A DNA stretch of 63,573 nucleotides, filler included, from Trichomonas gallinae (Eukaryota): NCBI GenBank assembly GCA_008369845.1. It is 6 parts of 6 records of this genome, joined end to end, with 100 filler letters (N's around TTAATTAATTAA, not from the genome) between each part and the next. Parts side by side here need not be neighbours in the genome. Positions count along the whole stretch, not along the records: positions 41,314 to 48,004 come from MRSU01000297.1; positions 48,105 to 55,415 come from MRSU01000300.1; 4 more parts are not named here. One strand, given 5' to 3'. Position numbers and translations under genes: made by a program. Positions 44,445-55,025 of this stretch are shown here, one piece after another (the first letter of the stretch is position 1; each line of letters opens with the position of its first letter). The notes beneath the pieces are model-generated. The model had not been told where the DNA came from and made no database searches. It saw only the letters and a list, made by a program, of their open reading frames with translations.

Positions 44445-46265
44445 TCATTCATAGGCAACGATTCTTCTAGGTTTTGCCATGCTCTCGCGGCAAAACGGAC
44501 ATGTCGTCGCGTTATTGAAGTAATTCGTGGCACACTCATTACAGATTGTATGACCACACGGAAGAATGATGGAGTTCGCTATATTGGTGAAGCAGACACC
44601 ACAGGTTTCTGCGCTCTCTCCGACTGGCGATTGTTGGATGGGTTTCACAGCCTTGTCGACAGCCATCAAACAAAGCGGACACTCCTTCACGCCCGATTTC
44701 TCTATACAGCTCTGGCAGAATAAGGAATGTCCACAATTTGCAAAGAAGACTGCATCATCCTTTCCGCAGAGCATGCATTTTGGCGAAACGACGGACGATT
44801 TAATCTGGGCCCTGGGGACGCCTTCGTTGAGTGAGACCTGAAGCTGCCCCACTCCAACAATGAAACCACCAGTGATATGGAATTCTCTCTTAGTGTCGGC
44901 AATGTACACTTTCTCTTGGTGCAGTTCATCGCCGCGTCTGCTGATATCGATGCGGCCAATTATCGTGTTGACATCGTCCGATGAACTAATTGTGCTTTGA
45001 TCGAAGAGAGGTGAATTTAAGTGAGTGGTGCCACCATGGTGCGTGAAAACTGATGACACTGAAAGGCCAACGAATGTCGTGTCTTTCGAAATCAGGGTTC
45101 CACCAGTGAATACATCAATGCCGTACTTTCCTGGTCCAATTAAATATGAGTTTTCCAGCGCCACAATGCTGTGGTTATAGCAACCCACGCAAGCAAAGTG
45201 GCATCCTACAAAAAGGGACGTGTCTATAGTAACAGATTCGCAGTCTGAAACAGCAACTCCAAAATGAGCAATATTTTCAATATTGCAGTTTTTGATTGTT
45301 GCACAGCTGTTTGTTCGAACGATGATACCACTCATTTCACTCCCGCTGATGTTGCACTTCTTAACCATTCCTATGGAGCTTTGGCAGATTGCAATTGGTG
45401 GGAATGTTGTATTTTTAAACGATGATGATGAAATTATCGCCGTAGTAACACACGATGCATTGATTCCATTACCATTGCAGTTGAGAAAGGCTGACTTTTT
45501 AACAACAAGTTTTGATTTTTCGAAATATAAAGCTGTATGTTGAATATCGGAAAATTGTGAGTTGAGAACCAAAATTTGTTCACAGCCTATAACGTATAAA
45601 GCTCCTTGATTGATATTTTTGAAAACTGAATTTTCGATAGCTAAGCTTTTGACAGTATATCCAGTAAAAGCTCTATTTTTGCTTTCACTGATCTTTGTAG
45701 ATCTAATTGTTATGCGGCAGTTCTGCTCTGTGTATATTGCATCTCTTCCAATGTCTGAGATAAGGCATGATTCGCAGGAAAGTAGCGAGTTTGATGTTAC
45801 ACAAATACCAGCATACTTGATATCTTTGATCTGGCAGCCATCTAAGACCATTGCTGAGGATTCATCGCACGATATTCCGAATTTTGTAGAGTTTGTAAAG
45901 AAGCATTTTGATGCATGGAGACCAGCAAGGTTAGAAATGCTAATAATATAATCTGTATCGGCCGTTATATCATGAATTGCTGACAGATTAAGTCGCAATA
46001 TTCCTCTTTCAACGACAATTGATCCTCGAAGATTTAATCCGTGGATCTCTACAGAGCAACCGATGATTTTGATCTTCTTGCATGTAATTTCGTTTCGAAA
46101 ATCGAACGCTAAATTCATATCTTCTGTAATTACAATCTCGTCTTCGATTTTTGAGCTGTGTTCGCTAGAAAATAGGATATCTTTGCCTTTGTAGTCGCTT
46201 GAATGAAGTGCGACGTCGGGAAATTGGTCAATCGTTATAAGTAAAGGCGTTTTATCATTGCTCAT
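44445..46265 (-). CDS. Right-handed beta-helix protein with two C-terminal C3HC4 RING fingers (putative E3 ligase)
   Basis: Repeated xCxIxxxxxxGIxV beta-helix units; CMLC..CGH..CQSC..CPLC and CGVC..CGH.ICNEC..CPFCR. Confidence 0.85.
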   Translation of the reverse strand: MSNDKTPLLITIDQFPDVALHSSDYKGKDILFSSEHSSKIEDEIVITEDMNLAFDFRNEITCKKIKIIGCSVEIHGLNLRGSIVVERGILRLNLSAIHDITADTDYIISISNLAGLHASKCFFTNSTKFGISCDESSAMVLDGCQIKDIKYAGICVTSNSLLSCESCLISDIGRDAIYTEQNCRITIRSTKISESKNRAFTGYTVKSLAIENSVFKNINQGALYVIGCEQILVLNSQFSDIQHTALYFEKSKLVVKKSAFLNCNGNGINASCVTTAIISSSSFKNTTFPPIAICQSSIGMVKKCNISGSEMSGIIVRTNSCATIKNCNIENIAHFGVAVSDCESVTIDTSLFVGCHFACVGCYNHSIVALENSYLIGPGKYGIDVFTGGTLISKDTTFVGLSVSSVFTHHGGTTHLNSPLFDQSTISSSDDVNTIIGRIDISRRGDELHQEKVYIADTKREFHITGGFIVGVGQLQVSLNEGVPRAQIKSSVVSPKCMLCGKDDAVFFANCGHSLFCQSCIEKSGVKECPLCLMAVDKAVKPIQQSPVGESAETCGVCFTNIANSIILPCGHTICNECATNYFNNATTCPFCRESMAKPRRIVAYE

Positions 46266-46898
46266 TTTTTTACTAAAATTTTACTCGTTTTTTTTATGTT
46301 TGAATGGATGCGTCGATTCGGACTTAGAGAGATGCGATTTTCACGTTGGCACCACAACTTATTGATAACAAGGAGATACTGGATTGATCCTACCATGCGA
46401 AAGATACATATGATAGCTAATTTACAATTTTCGATTATTTTAAGTCAATTGATATAAATAATGATGCATTTGGATACCCATACTATTTCACGAATATTTC
46501 GTTATACGTGTAACCAATAAAAACTACTTGCATTACTTGAGGAATTTAATTGATCAATTCCAACCAATGCTTATGAAATATTTAGTTACAGTTGTTAATG
46601 TAATTCTCTCAACAATCATCACAAATTGAGATGAGCTTTACTCAATATTTCCCAATTTTTTTGCAGTTATCTTTTCATAGTTGTATATAATTTAATTCAT
46701 AATAATACCATTTTATATGAGCATTGGAGCTAAGCTCTAAAAATATTAATTTAATCTTATATTATCAGGGCTTTGATATCATTTTCGTCAAACTCACTAA
46801 AACTAACAATAACTAGTTTTATTATGCCAATCGAAATATGCTATTACATAATTAATAATTTATTTAAACAAACAAATAATAAAAAAAAGTAATAAAAA

Positions 46899-48004
46899 TC
46901 ACTCGAAAAGACCCAAGGCTTTGTTAATTAGCTGATTGCTTTGTTGCCATCGTCTTTGTGCTTTTAAGATTGTAGAATCATCACATTTCACAAACTTCAA
47001 AATGATCGGAATGAGTTGCTCACGTGTATTACCTTCTTGCAAGAAAAACTGAAGAAGCATCTTACGCATATATTCGAATATCAGTGTTTGAGCTTCCTCG
47101 GATTTGGATTTCATGTGTTCAATATTCTTCACGTTTTCATTTTTCAACAATGATATTTGTCCTTTGCAAATATCTGCTTCTTTTCTCGAATCGTTTATCA
47201 TCAAGCGCATTTCCGAGTTTTCCTTTTCCGTTATTTTCATTGATGATTCAAGTTTGCTGATGTGCGCTAAGTATAAATCGTGCTGATGAATGAGTGCTGA
47301 TTTTAATCGTGTAATTTCAGTGTCATCTAATGAAAGCTTGTGAATCAATGACTGCATTAAAGCAGAGTGCGTGTTGCGAAGGCTGGTAATTTTTAACTTT
47401 AATGAGTTATAATAGTTAATAACTGTCTCGTATTGACTTGAAACTGCCTGCAATTCATGCTCCATTCTATTGCATTTAACCTGAAATGAATCTTTGAAGG
47501 CTGAAATGGAATTAATCTGGGCCTTGTAGAATGAATCCTGTTCTGAAATCTTTGAGTTAAGATGAGAAATCTGAAGAGAATATGAATCAAGTGCTTCGAG
47601 CGCTTGATTATATTGTATATAATTATTAATTTCTTGAGATTGCGAAAATACAGTAGTAGAAGAAAAATTATACCTTGATGAATGATCAGTTTTGTTGGGA
47701 AGGATGGAAACACATCTGAAATTGGTGAATGATAAAGTTGGAACAGAGACATTAATTGAGCATATCGATTTTGTAGCAAGAGATAGTGGATTGTTATAGA
47801 ATGGAAACTGTTGAACGTAGGATGAAGAAATTGTAAGAGGAAGATATGGTTTGTACATGTTATGAATGATATTGTTAAGTTGAGTATTAGATAAAATGAG
47901 GGTTTCTTTTTCTTGCGTGAGATTATCAACGAGTTTGGCAAATTCTGAATTTGAGTTATTGAGAGTTTCTTTGTCGCGTGTTAAGTCATTAACATGTTTA
48001 GTTA
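46899..48004 (-). CDS. GRIP-domain golgin, 5'-truncated by the contig end
   Basis: The frame stays open from the gap (TKHVNDLTRDKETL...LTQEKETL...) into the track ORF; C-terminal FEYMRKMLLQFF....REQLIPIILKFV is a GRIP domain. Confidence 0.8.
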
Positions 48005-48104
48005 NNNNNNNNNNNNNNNNNNNNNNNNNNNNNNNNNNNNNNNNNNNNTTAATTAATTAANNNNNNNNNNNNNNNNNNNNNNNNNNNNNNNNNNNNNNNN
48101 NNNN

Positions 48105-50234
48105 ATGAGCTGTTGCATTTCTTGACGCATTAGCTGTTTCATTTCTTGACGCATTAGCTGTTTCATTAATTGTTGTATCAGGAGGTGGCGTAGGAACTGG
48201 TGTAGCTGTTATATTTACTGCTCCATTTGGCTTTTTTCTAAATAATCCTCTTGCCCACTGGTATCCAGAATTGAAATATTGTCTGTATCCTCCTGGTGTA
48301 GAGATAGGTGTAGAAATAGGTATAGGCATAGGTGTAGGCGTAGGTGCTGGTGCTATTGGCACATGAGCTGTGGCATTTCTTGACTGTAAGCTTGGATGCT
48401 CAGGCTCATCAGCTGGGTGTCTCCATCCAGAACTCAATAATCTCTTGGTTGTGTTAACTGTTGCATTGACTGCGCTGCTTGTTATATTGACAAAAGGTTT
48501 GGCAACTGTATGAATATCTTTTAAGACAGGATGGTCATTATACCACCCCTCACCAATTGCTTTTTCTTCCTCTTGCTTTTGTTTCCTTTCAAGTTTCTTT
48601 TCCTTTTGTTTATCTTTCCCTTCTTGCGCTTTATTTTTAGATTCTTGCATTTGTAGCTTTAATTCTTTAGATTTATTTTGGGCTTCTATAACATGTGCCT
48701 TTAATTGTATAGATTTATTTAGAGCTTCTTGCATAGCAACGTCTCTCTCAGCTCGTTGTAATTCCAGCTGGTGTTCAGCCTCCTGTTGTCTTCTTCTTTC
48801 TCGTTCCAGATTAGCATTATTAAGTTCTCGATATACCTGATTATACCAATTCATAAATTCCTGTAGATAAAGCTGCTCTTGATTTCTACCAGGACCTCCT
48901 CCAGGAGCTGGCTGTTCAATATGTGGGGCTCTACCTATACCTCCACCTGGAGGTGATGCTGGTCTTGATGCTGGTCTTGACACGTGAGCAGATGTGGGTG
49001 CTGTCGTATGAGCTGATGTTTGAGCTGATGTGTGTGCTGTCGTATGAGTTGATGTATGAACTGACTGTGTAGGAGTTGATGTAGGTGTTGATGTAGACGT
49101 TGATGTAGACGTTGATGTGGGAGCAGTCGTGGGAACTACAGTACGGGCTACAGTAGGGGCTGTATACGTTGGAGCTACAGTAGTGGCTACAGTACGGGCT
49201 ACAGTAGGGTCTGTATACGTGGGAGCTACAATAGGAGTTGGTGTGGGTGATGGTGTAGGAGCTGGTGTGGGTGATGGTGTAGGAGCTGGTGTAGGGGTAG
49301 TCGTAGGAGTAGTCGTAGGAGTAGTCGTAGGGGCTGCAGTACGCCTCAATCTTTCAGGACTTGCGTGTTCCATAGCTGGTGAATTATTATTTACAAAATC
49401 AGATTCTTGTCGTCGTGTTTCATGAGTGTTTGATTGTCCTGATGGAATTAGATTACGTGTAATTCCTGATTCTCGTGTATGGGAAGGATTAGCGTTTTGA
49501 TTTACTGATGGTGCTAGAGTAGAAGTTGGCGTAGGAGTTGGTGTCGATTTTCGAGCTTTATCACGTTCCTTAAGTTCATTTTTTAAATCTTCATATTTTA
49601 AATCATTTAGCCCAAATCTACCATCCTCCCATTCAGTTTCTTTATGCACATCGACATCTGCTGGAATATCTAAAATTGGTTCCATAATACCTCGTTTGAA
49701 GAAATTTTCTTTCAATCTCTTTTTTGCTTCTTTCCATCCTAAACCCTCTTTTTTATATTTTTCAAGTTTTCTAACTGCACTATCGTACCACATAGCTCTA
49801 TATCTATCTGTCCAAGGCATATGAAGATAGGCATTAAACCACTCTGAGGATATATCCTGTCCAGATTTAAAATATTCATTAAGGACGTCTGCACTTGGTT
49901 CGTCTTTACCAAGTATTTCATATACTCTATCAGCATTATATTTATTAACACGATTCCCCAAAAGTCCTTTTTCTTCAAGCCATTTATAACCTTTTTCATA
50001 TTTCAGGGCTTTTTTGATGAGTTTATCTTTGTCTTTCCATGTTCCATCATCCTTTTTCAAATTATATCTAAAATTCCAGTATGGATTATCCCCAATATCA
50101 GTATTGGCTTTCAAAACATATGCAACCTCTGGTCCCAATATCTTTTTTGCTTTGATATATATTCGTCTATTTTCAGTATCCATCCAGTCATTCATTCGTT
50201 TAAACAACTTTCTTTTTCTCTCTTCATTGTTCAT
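48105..50234 (-). CDS. Long Pro/Thr-rich element protein with coiled coil; 3' end lost in the gap
   Basis: Basic/aromatic N-terminal domain, PT/TS tandem repeats, coiled coil and NETANASR repeats. ATG at 50234 (or 50246). The track stop at 48057 lies in the linker. Confidence 0.75.
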
Positions 50235-50258
50235 TTTAAAACACATTAAAAAATATAT

Positions 50259-50699
50259 TTAGAATCGAGCCATATGATTAGTAATAGCGCTTATCCACGG
50301 CGAGTCATCTAGAACCCTGATTCTCTTTAAATATAAATTAGCTTTCGCCATGAAATTAGTGCCACCAGCATTTGGATTATATAAGCTTTGGTCAAGTTTT
50401 TCGCCGTCCTTTGGCTCATCTTTGATAGTATTGCCGCGTAATGTTTCTGTGAAATTATTTATTTGTTTAGTCAATTCACTGTCTTTTCCTAAGAAATACT
50501 CAGAACCTTTCCCTGCTAATGAACCTAATGAGGTCAATGCAGCATGCACACCAGGTACAGCTATGCCGACAATATTGGAAATATGCCCTATTGCTTCACC
50601 TGGATTCTTCTTACCGAATTTCCAAGCGTTCTTTGCTAAATTGACGCCACCATTGATATGTGATGATATTGAAGAGCGGAAATTGTTTAGAAATCCCAT
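50259..50699 (-). CDS. Small Gly-rich virion-like protein with amphipathic N-terminus
   Basis: MGFLNNFRSSISSHINGGVNLAKNAWKFG...; 9-bp and short spacers to its neighbours. Confidence 0.65.
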   Translation of the reverse strand: MGFLNNFRSSISSHINGGVNLAKNAWKFGKKNPGEAIGHISNIVGIAVPGVHAALTSLGSLAGKGSEYFLGKDSELTKQINNFTETLRGNTIKDEPKDGEKLDQSLYNPNAGGTNFMAKANLYLKRIRVLDDSPWISAITNHMARF

Positions 50700-50708
50700 T
50701 TATACATT

Positions 50709-51608
50709 TTAAAATAATGTCTTCTTACCCTGTTTTACTTCTTTAAACTCTACAATACCTGCGACTATATGAATTTCCATATAGGACCTAGGTGATGGGA
50801 GATTCTTATATTGTTCCCATAACTCTTGCCAGTCTTGTGTAGCTCCTGATTGCTCAATCATTGTCTCTAAATCACGCATGGAATAGCCTTGGAAGATTAC
50901 GAAGTCAGTGCATAATCTCTTAATGTTCAAAGCAATGTGTCGCCATGTTTGGCACATAATGACTACAGTATAGTTGTAATGCCTGACTTTAGTAATGAAA
51001 TTCGCTAATGGGGAATCAGTTTTGTTTAATAATGAATGACCACCATAGTCGTCTAGAACTAATATAGTATTACTGGGGTATTTAGTGAATGGATATTTAT
51101 TGAGCTTTCGAATAATGTATGCCGCTAATTTCTTAATATCATAATCACCATTGTCTTTTCGCAATTTATGCTTAACAATAATATGTTCCATTTCTTCTGA
51201 TACCTTTTCGAGTTTAGATTCTACGAATTCCACTATAGCATAATATTTACTTTTCATTTTCACGTTCTTATTGAGGTAATCCATTAATTCTTTATCATTG
51301 ACTTTCGTAATTGGTGCCTTGCATTCTTTCATAAATGTTTTCGCTGTCTTATCCATAGTTCCAGAAGTAGCTGAAACCACTATTGAGTCATAATAAGGAG
51401 TCTTAGCGAATCTATCAGTTATCATAATATGGCGAATGACTCCATAAGTCTTACCTGAACCCATCTTTCCGCAAAAGAAATACACTCCATTAGTGCAGAA
51501 AGGGTAGTCTTCACTAAATGGGAGAATTAATGCATTGTTCAGCTGCTTACCATTTTCTCTGGCTCCCTTATTTAATATTTTTTCTACTTCCTTAATCACT
51601 GATTGCAT
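50709..51608 (-). CDS. A32-like (FtsK-HerA superfamily) viral DNA packaging ATPase
   Basis: Walker A YFFCGKMGSGKT, Walker B TILVLDD, A32-type motif VRHYNYTVVIMCQ...I...IK; 299 aa. Confidence 0.9.
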   Translation of the reverse strand: MQSVIKEVEKILNKGARENGKQLNNALILPFSEDYPFCTNGVYFFCGKMGSGKTYGVIRHIMITDRFAKTPYYDSIVVSATSGTMDKTAKTFMKECKAPITKVNDKELMDYLNKNVKMKSKYYAIVEFVESKLEKVSEEMEHIIVKHKLRKDNGDYDIKKLAAYIIRKLNKYPFTKYPSNTILVLDDYGGHSLLNKTDSPLANFITKVRHYNYTVVIMCQTWRHIALNIKRLCTDFVIFQGYSMRDLETMIEQSGATQDWQELWEQYKNLPSPRSYMEIHIVAGIVEFKEVKQGKKTLF

Positions 51609-51627
51609 GATTTTATTATTTATTAAA

Positions 51628-52692
51628 ATGTATACTCAACACGGTTTATACTTCGAACACGTCATGACTGAAGGAGAGCCTAAGGGTAATACAATAGCAT
51701 TTAAGCTACCTAGAGACTTTATCGAATTTGCAGGTAAGCATAAATCAATCGAACTAAGACGAATAATGATTGAATACCCAGATTATTTCTTGAGATTGCC
51801 TAGTCTTACTTATACATCCCAAAATTTCTGGCAAGATACTTATGATATATCTAAGGACTATACCAAAAAGCCAAAGGCAATGGTTCTAAAAGAAAAACTA
51901 GCTGATAAAACAACAGGATTCGCATATGATTATGATACTGGGTCGGATAATTATTCCTTCTTAATAAATTCATTAAATAAACAAATAAATTCGGATGAAC
52001 TTGTTCTAAGATATATTAAAAATAAAAATGAAATAATTCTAGAAATGTATAGACTATCGATTACTGATTTACGTCAAGAAAGTTCATATGATTATGGCAT
52101 TCGACATACAATAATTTTTCCGACAATAAATGAGAATAATGATTATTTATACAAACCAATTTATGGTGATAATGTGAAGCAATTATGGATTGATATAAAT
52201 GATACTCAAACGAATGTAGTGGAAGATGAAGAAAGTTTATCTCAGCGTGATAATGACTATTATCATAGACAAGAACATACCCAGTTCGATAAAAAATTAG
52301 AAAAATACGGATATATAAATGCCGAATATCTGCGTAAAGAAGTCAGAGCAGACAATCATCGTGTTTTCCTAACTTATTTCTACAAAATAACACTCACGTG
52401 TAATAATGTGGAATATCAATTTCATGCTTATGCGAGAAGATATCATCTCTATAAAATTATATTTCATGATATAGCACCTCGAAATCAATTACTGATTATG
52501 AGTAGCTTAGCTCATGATAATAAACAGTTCATTGGATACACGAATGAAAGCTACAATCCTCCAAAGCACTATGACATTACTGGCTACAAAGATGAACTTG
52601 TTTTAGAGTTCTACGAACGTGATGGTATTACTCCTGTAAAAATGAACAAAAATAATCATATCCAATTAGAAACTATATTAGTAGCTAATTAG
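51628..52692 (+). CDS. Putative minor capsid (penton, single jelly-roll) protein
   Basis: ATG at 51628. N-terminal FKLP.......SIELRRI and C-terminal LEFYERDG.TPV........LETIL strands flank an insertion, as in Polinton/PLV minor capsids; lies next to the ATPase. Confidence 0.55.
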   Translation: MYTQHGLYFEHVMTEGEPKGNTIAFKLPRDFIEFAGKHKSIELRRIMIEYPDYFLRLPSLTYTSQNFWQDTYDISKDYTKKPKAMVLKEKLADKTTGFAYDYDTGSDNYSFLINSLNKQINSDELVLRYIKNKNEIILEMYRLSITDLRQESSYDYGIRHTIIFPTINENNDYLYKPIYGDNVKQLWIDINDTQTNVVEDEESLSQRDNDYYHRQEHTQFDKKLEKYGYINAEYLRKEVRADNHRVFLTYFYKITLTCNNVEYQFHAYARRYHLYKIIFHDIAPRNQLLIMSSLAHDNKQFIGYTNESYNPPKHYDITGYKDELVLEFYERDGITPVKMNKNNHIQLETILVAN

Positions 52693-52906
52693 ATTTCTCC
52701 TTTGCTTCAGCTTCTTCACGGAGTTTCTTAGCTATCATACGAGGATTCTTGGCTCTTCCAGCAGCTAATGCAGCTAATTGCTTTTCGGATAATTTTCTCT
52801 TTGGCTTTGGCTCTTTTGGTTTATCTTCGTTCTTGCCTTTAAGTTCATTAAGTATCTCATCTCTGAGTTCTTTCTTGAGTGATTCACTGTCGAATGTCTC
52901 TGTCAT
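52685..52906 (-). CDS. Small basic helical protein (possible DNA-binding/core protein)
   Basis: KPKRKLSEKQLAALAAGRAK; 73 aa; shares the element's upstream motif. Confidence 0.65.
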   Translation of the reverse strand: MTETFDSESLKKELRDEILNELKGKNEDKPKEPKPKRKLSEKQLAALAAGRAKNPRMIAKKLREEAEAKEKSN

Positions 52907-52940
52907 TTCTTTATGATAAAAAATTTTTATTAAGTAGAAA

Positions 52941-53387
52941 ATGACTCAGAAACTTTCGCAGAGTGAAAAACAAAGTATCATCATGAATGAAGAGAAAGGT
53001 ATTTTGCATCCATTGTATTACGTATGTAAGATGAAGAATGGTGCAGTACAGATTCGTAAGAGAAAAATACCATTAAATGCTGCTCCTGCTCCACAAGTTG
53101 CTATTCCGCAAACTAAGGAAGAAGATAAGGAAGATATAATTACGAATAGAATGCTATTAGAGAAAATGGTTTCGATATTAGAAAAGAATTCCATCAGTAA
53201 TGATATGAACTTGAATCCTATAGAGAGGGAGAAAGAGACAAAAGAGAATAAGGAATACGTGGAATCAATTCAGGAGAAAAGAGTTGTATTCGATGAGGCT
53301 CCATTAAAGCCACCAGAGCAACCTGTACCTCAGATGCCTCAGCAACAAATACGAAGGAGACCACCTCCACGAGCTAGAATATTGTAA
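52941..53387 (+). CDS. Element hypothetical protein
   Basis: 148 aa; HPLYYVCKMKNGAVQIRKRK and an Arg/Pro C-terminus; 28 bp upstream of the capsid ORF. Confidence 0.7.
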   Translation: MTQKLSQSEKQSIIMNEEKGILHPLYYVCKMKNGAVQIRKRKIPLNAAPAPQVAIPQTKEEDKEDIITNRMLLEKMVSILEKNSISNDMNLNPIEREKETKENKEYVESIQEKRVVFDEAPLKPPEQPVPQMPQQQIRRRPPPRARIL

Positions 53388-53415
53388 TTAATTTATATTT
53401 TTTTACTCTTAAGAA

Positions 53416-55002
53416 ATGCTGAACGACAATCTTAATACTTACTCGATTGCAGATTCGATTCACCAGGTAAGATATTATTTCGACCAAATTGATAATGCAG
53501 TTCCGATTGGTGATACGAATCATAGATATGTTAATTCTAAAGTTCCTTCATCACCAGGTAGCTGTGTCGATAATGGATACACAACATTCAACATTTCTCC
53601 TCCAGGTGAGAACATGATTGATTTATATAATTCCTTCATTTATGGAACATTAAAGCTAAAGGTAAGACCAAACACTGCTATTAGTGCTGTAGAAGTACCA
53701 GACGGATGTCATGTACCAGCAATTTGGATTGGATATGTTGATTCCTATTATGCTGTAGCTTCATATCAATTGCTCGCTAATGGTAAAACAATCTATACTC
53801 AAGATAATGCAAGAGAAGAAGGATACTTGACTTCCACAGCTTCCACCACTGAAGCTATTAAGAAAGTTGATGTATTTAGTAAAGCTAGACATAAGGATAT
53901 ATGGAACAGAGTCGATACAATTAGAAGTGGTGCATTAATTGAACTTAATAAGGCTAGAAGCTTTTCTGAAGATATCGAACTCGATATACCAATTAAAATT
54001 GATTTACGAAGGTTCCTTATATTAAATAATATTAGATTCCTCCCAGCTTTCTGTGGAAACTTGCAGCTGAAGATTAAATTCAGCACCGAAGGATTAGTGA
54101 TGACACCATTATCCGTCGAAGATTGCATTTATAATAGGTCATTAAGGAGACTTATTACTAAATATCCAAAACTAACAAATAAATTCGTTCAAATTGGTGA
54201 GCCTGTTTATTTCATTGATAACGTAAAGGCAAACAAGGAAACAGGTACACAGACCATTACATCTATTGAACTTACAGCAGGTAGTACATTTTTCACTGCT
54301 AGGGGTTCTGTTTTCTCTGAATTAGCGACATATTGCTATGCATTCTCTCTGGACCCGAATGTTTATAGTGATTTGGTGGAAAGATATAGCGGCAGAACAT
54401 TAAACTTCCCTGTTAAAAGAATTGATTGCGTGGTTATGGATGGTAATGTTGCAGGAAATAATGAACAAACCACCTGCACTGCAGCATTTACCCCATTATT
54501 CGTGAATAGTGTTTATTTGTTATTCAAGAAGAAGCCTCATTATTACACTGTCTTTGAGAATCCATTATTCCAATCAATACAGCTCAACTGTGGCGCGTAT
54601 GGAAACATCCCGTGTGAAGGAGTACCATCAAACTCTGCTATCTTCTATGAAATGCTCGCAAATTGCACCAATAATAACAATGATGAAGTAGGATTTAATT
54701 ATGATGTGATGCGTTCCATTACTGCTACAGAAATCGAGGATACAGGATATGAATCGAATGATACCACCCATTTCATTTGTGGATTCCCGTGCGAAACTGA
54801 TTACACCTATCAACAGGGTCAATTATCTAACTCACCAATCACCTATACATTAACTATGAAAGGCTCTACAGAATCTGCTAAATATAAAGAGAAGCCAATC
54901 ATCTGCTTCCTCAGACATGCATGCTTATCAATTCAAGTCAAACAAGTTGGACCACCGATTGTATTACTAGATGATTATGATTTAAGTGCTCCTGCTACAT
55001 AA
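53416..55002 (+). CDS. Putative major capsid protein (double jelly-roll)
   Basis: 528 aa, beta-rich. TTFNI......IDLYNSFIYGTLKLKV, YQLLANGKTIY, IPIKIDL..F...RFLP....LQLKIKF, VNSVYLLF and FQSIQL..G follow the DJR capsid strand pattern; co-located with the A32 ATPase. Confidence 0.75.
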   Translation: MLNDNLNTYSIADSIHQVRYYFDQIDNAVPIGDTNHRYVNSKVPSSPGSCVDNGYTTFNISPPGENMIDLYNSFIYGTLKLKVRPNTAISAVEVPDGCHVPAIWIGYVDSYYAVASYQLLANGKTIYTQDNAREEGYLTSTASTTEAIKKVDVFSKARHKDIWNRVDTIRSGALIELNKARSFSEDIELDIPIKIDLRRFLILNNIRFLPAFCGNLQLKIKFSTEGLVMTPLSVEDCIYNRSLRRLITKYPKLTNKFVQIGEPVYFIDNVKANKETGTQTITSIELTAGSTFFTARGSVFSELATYCYAFSLDPNVYSDLVERYSGRTLNFPVKRIDCVVMDGNVAGNNEQTTCTAAFTPLFVNSVYLLFKKKPHYYTVFENPLFQSIQLNCGAYGNIPCEGVPSNSAIFYEMLANCTNNNNDEVGFNYDVMRSITATEIEDTGYESNDTTHFICGFPCETDYTYQQGQLSNSPITYTLTMKGSTESAKYKEKPIICFLRHACLSIQVKQVGPPIVLLDDYDLSAPAT

Positions 55003-55025
55003 ATTACTTTTTTATCAGAGGATAA

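Noticed and set aside
46899..48104. Golgin as the host flank (integration site) of the viral element
   Set aside because: Separated by a linker, so no junction is visible and integration cannot be shown from this window.
48950..49340. Short tandem repeats as a CRISPR-like or satellite array
   Set aside because: Units are in-frame multiples of 3 encoding PT/TS repeats, with no unique spacers.
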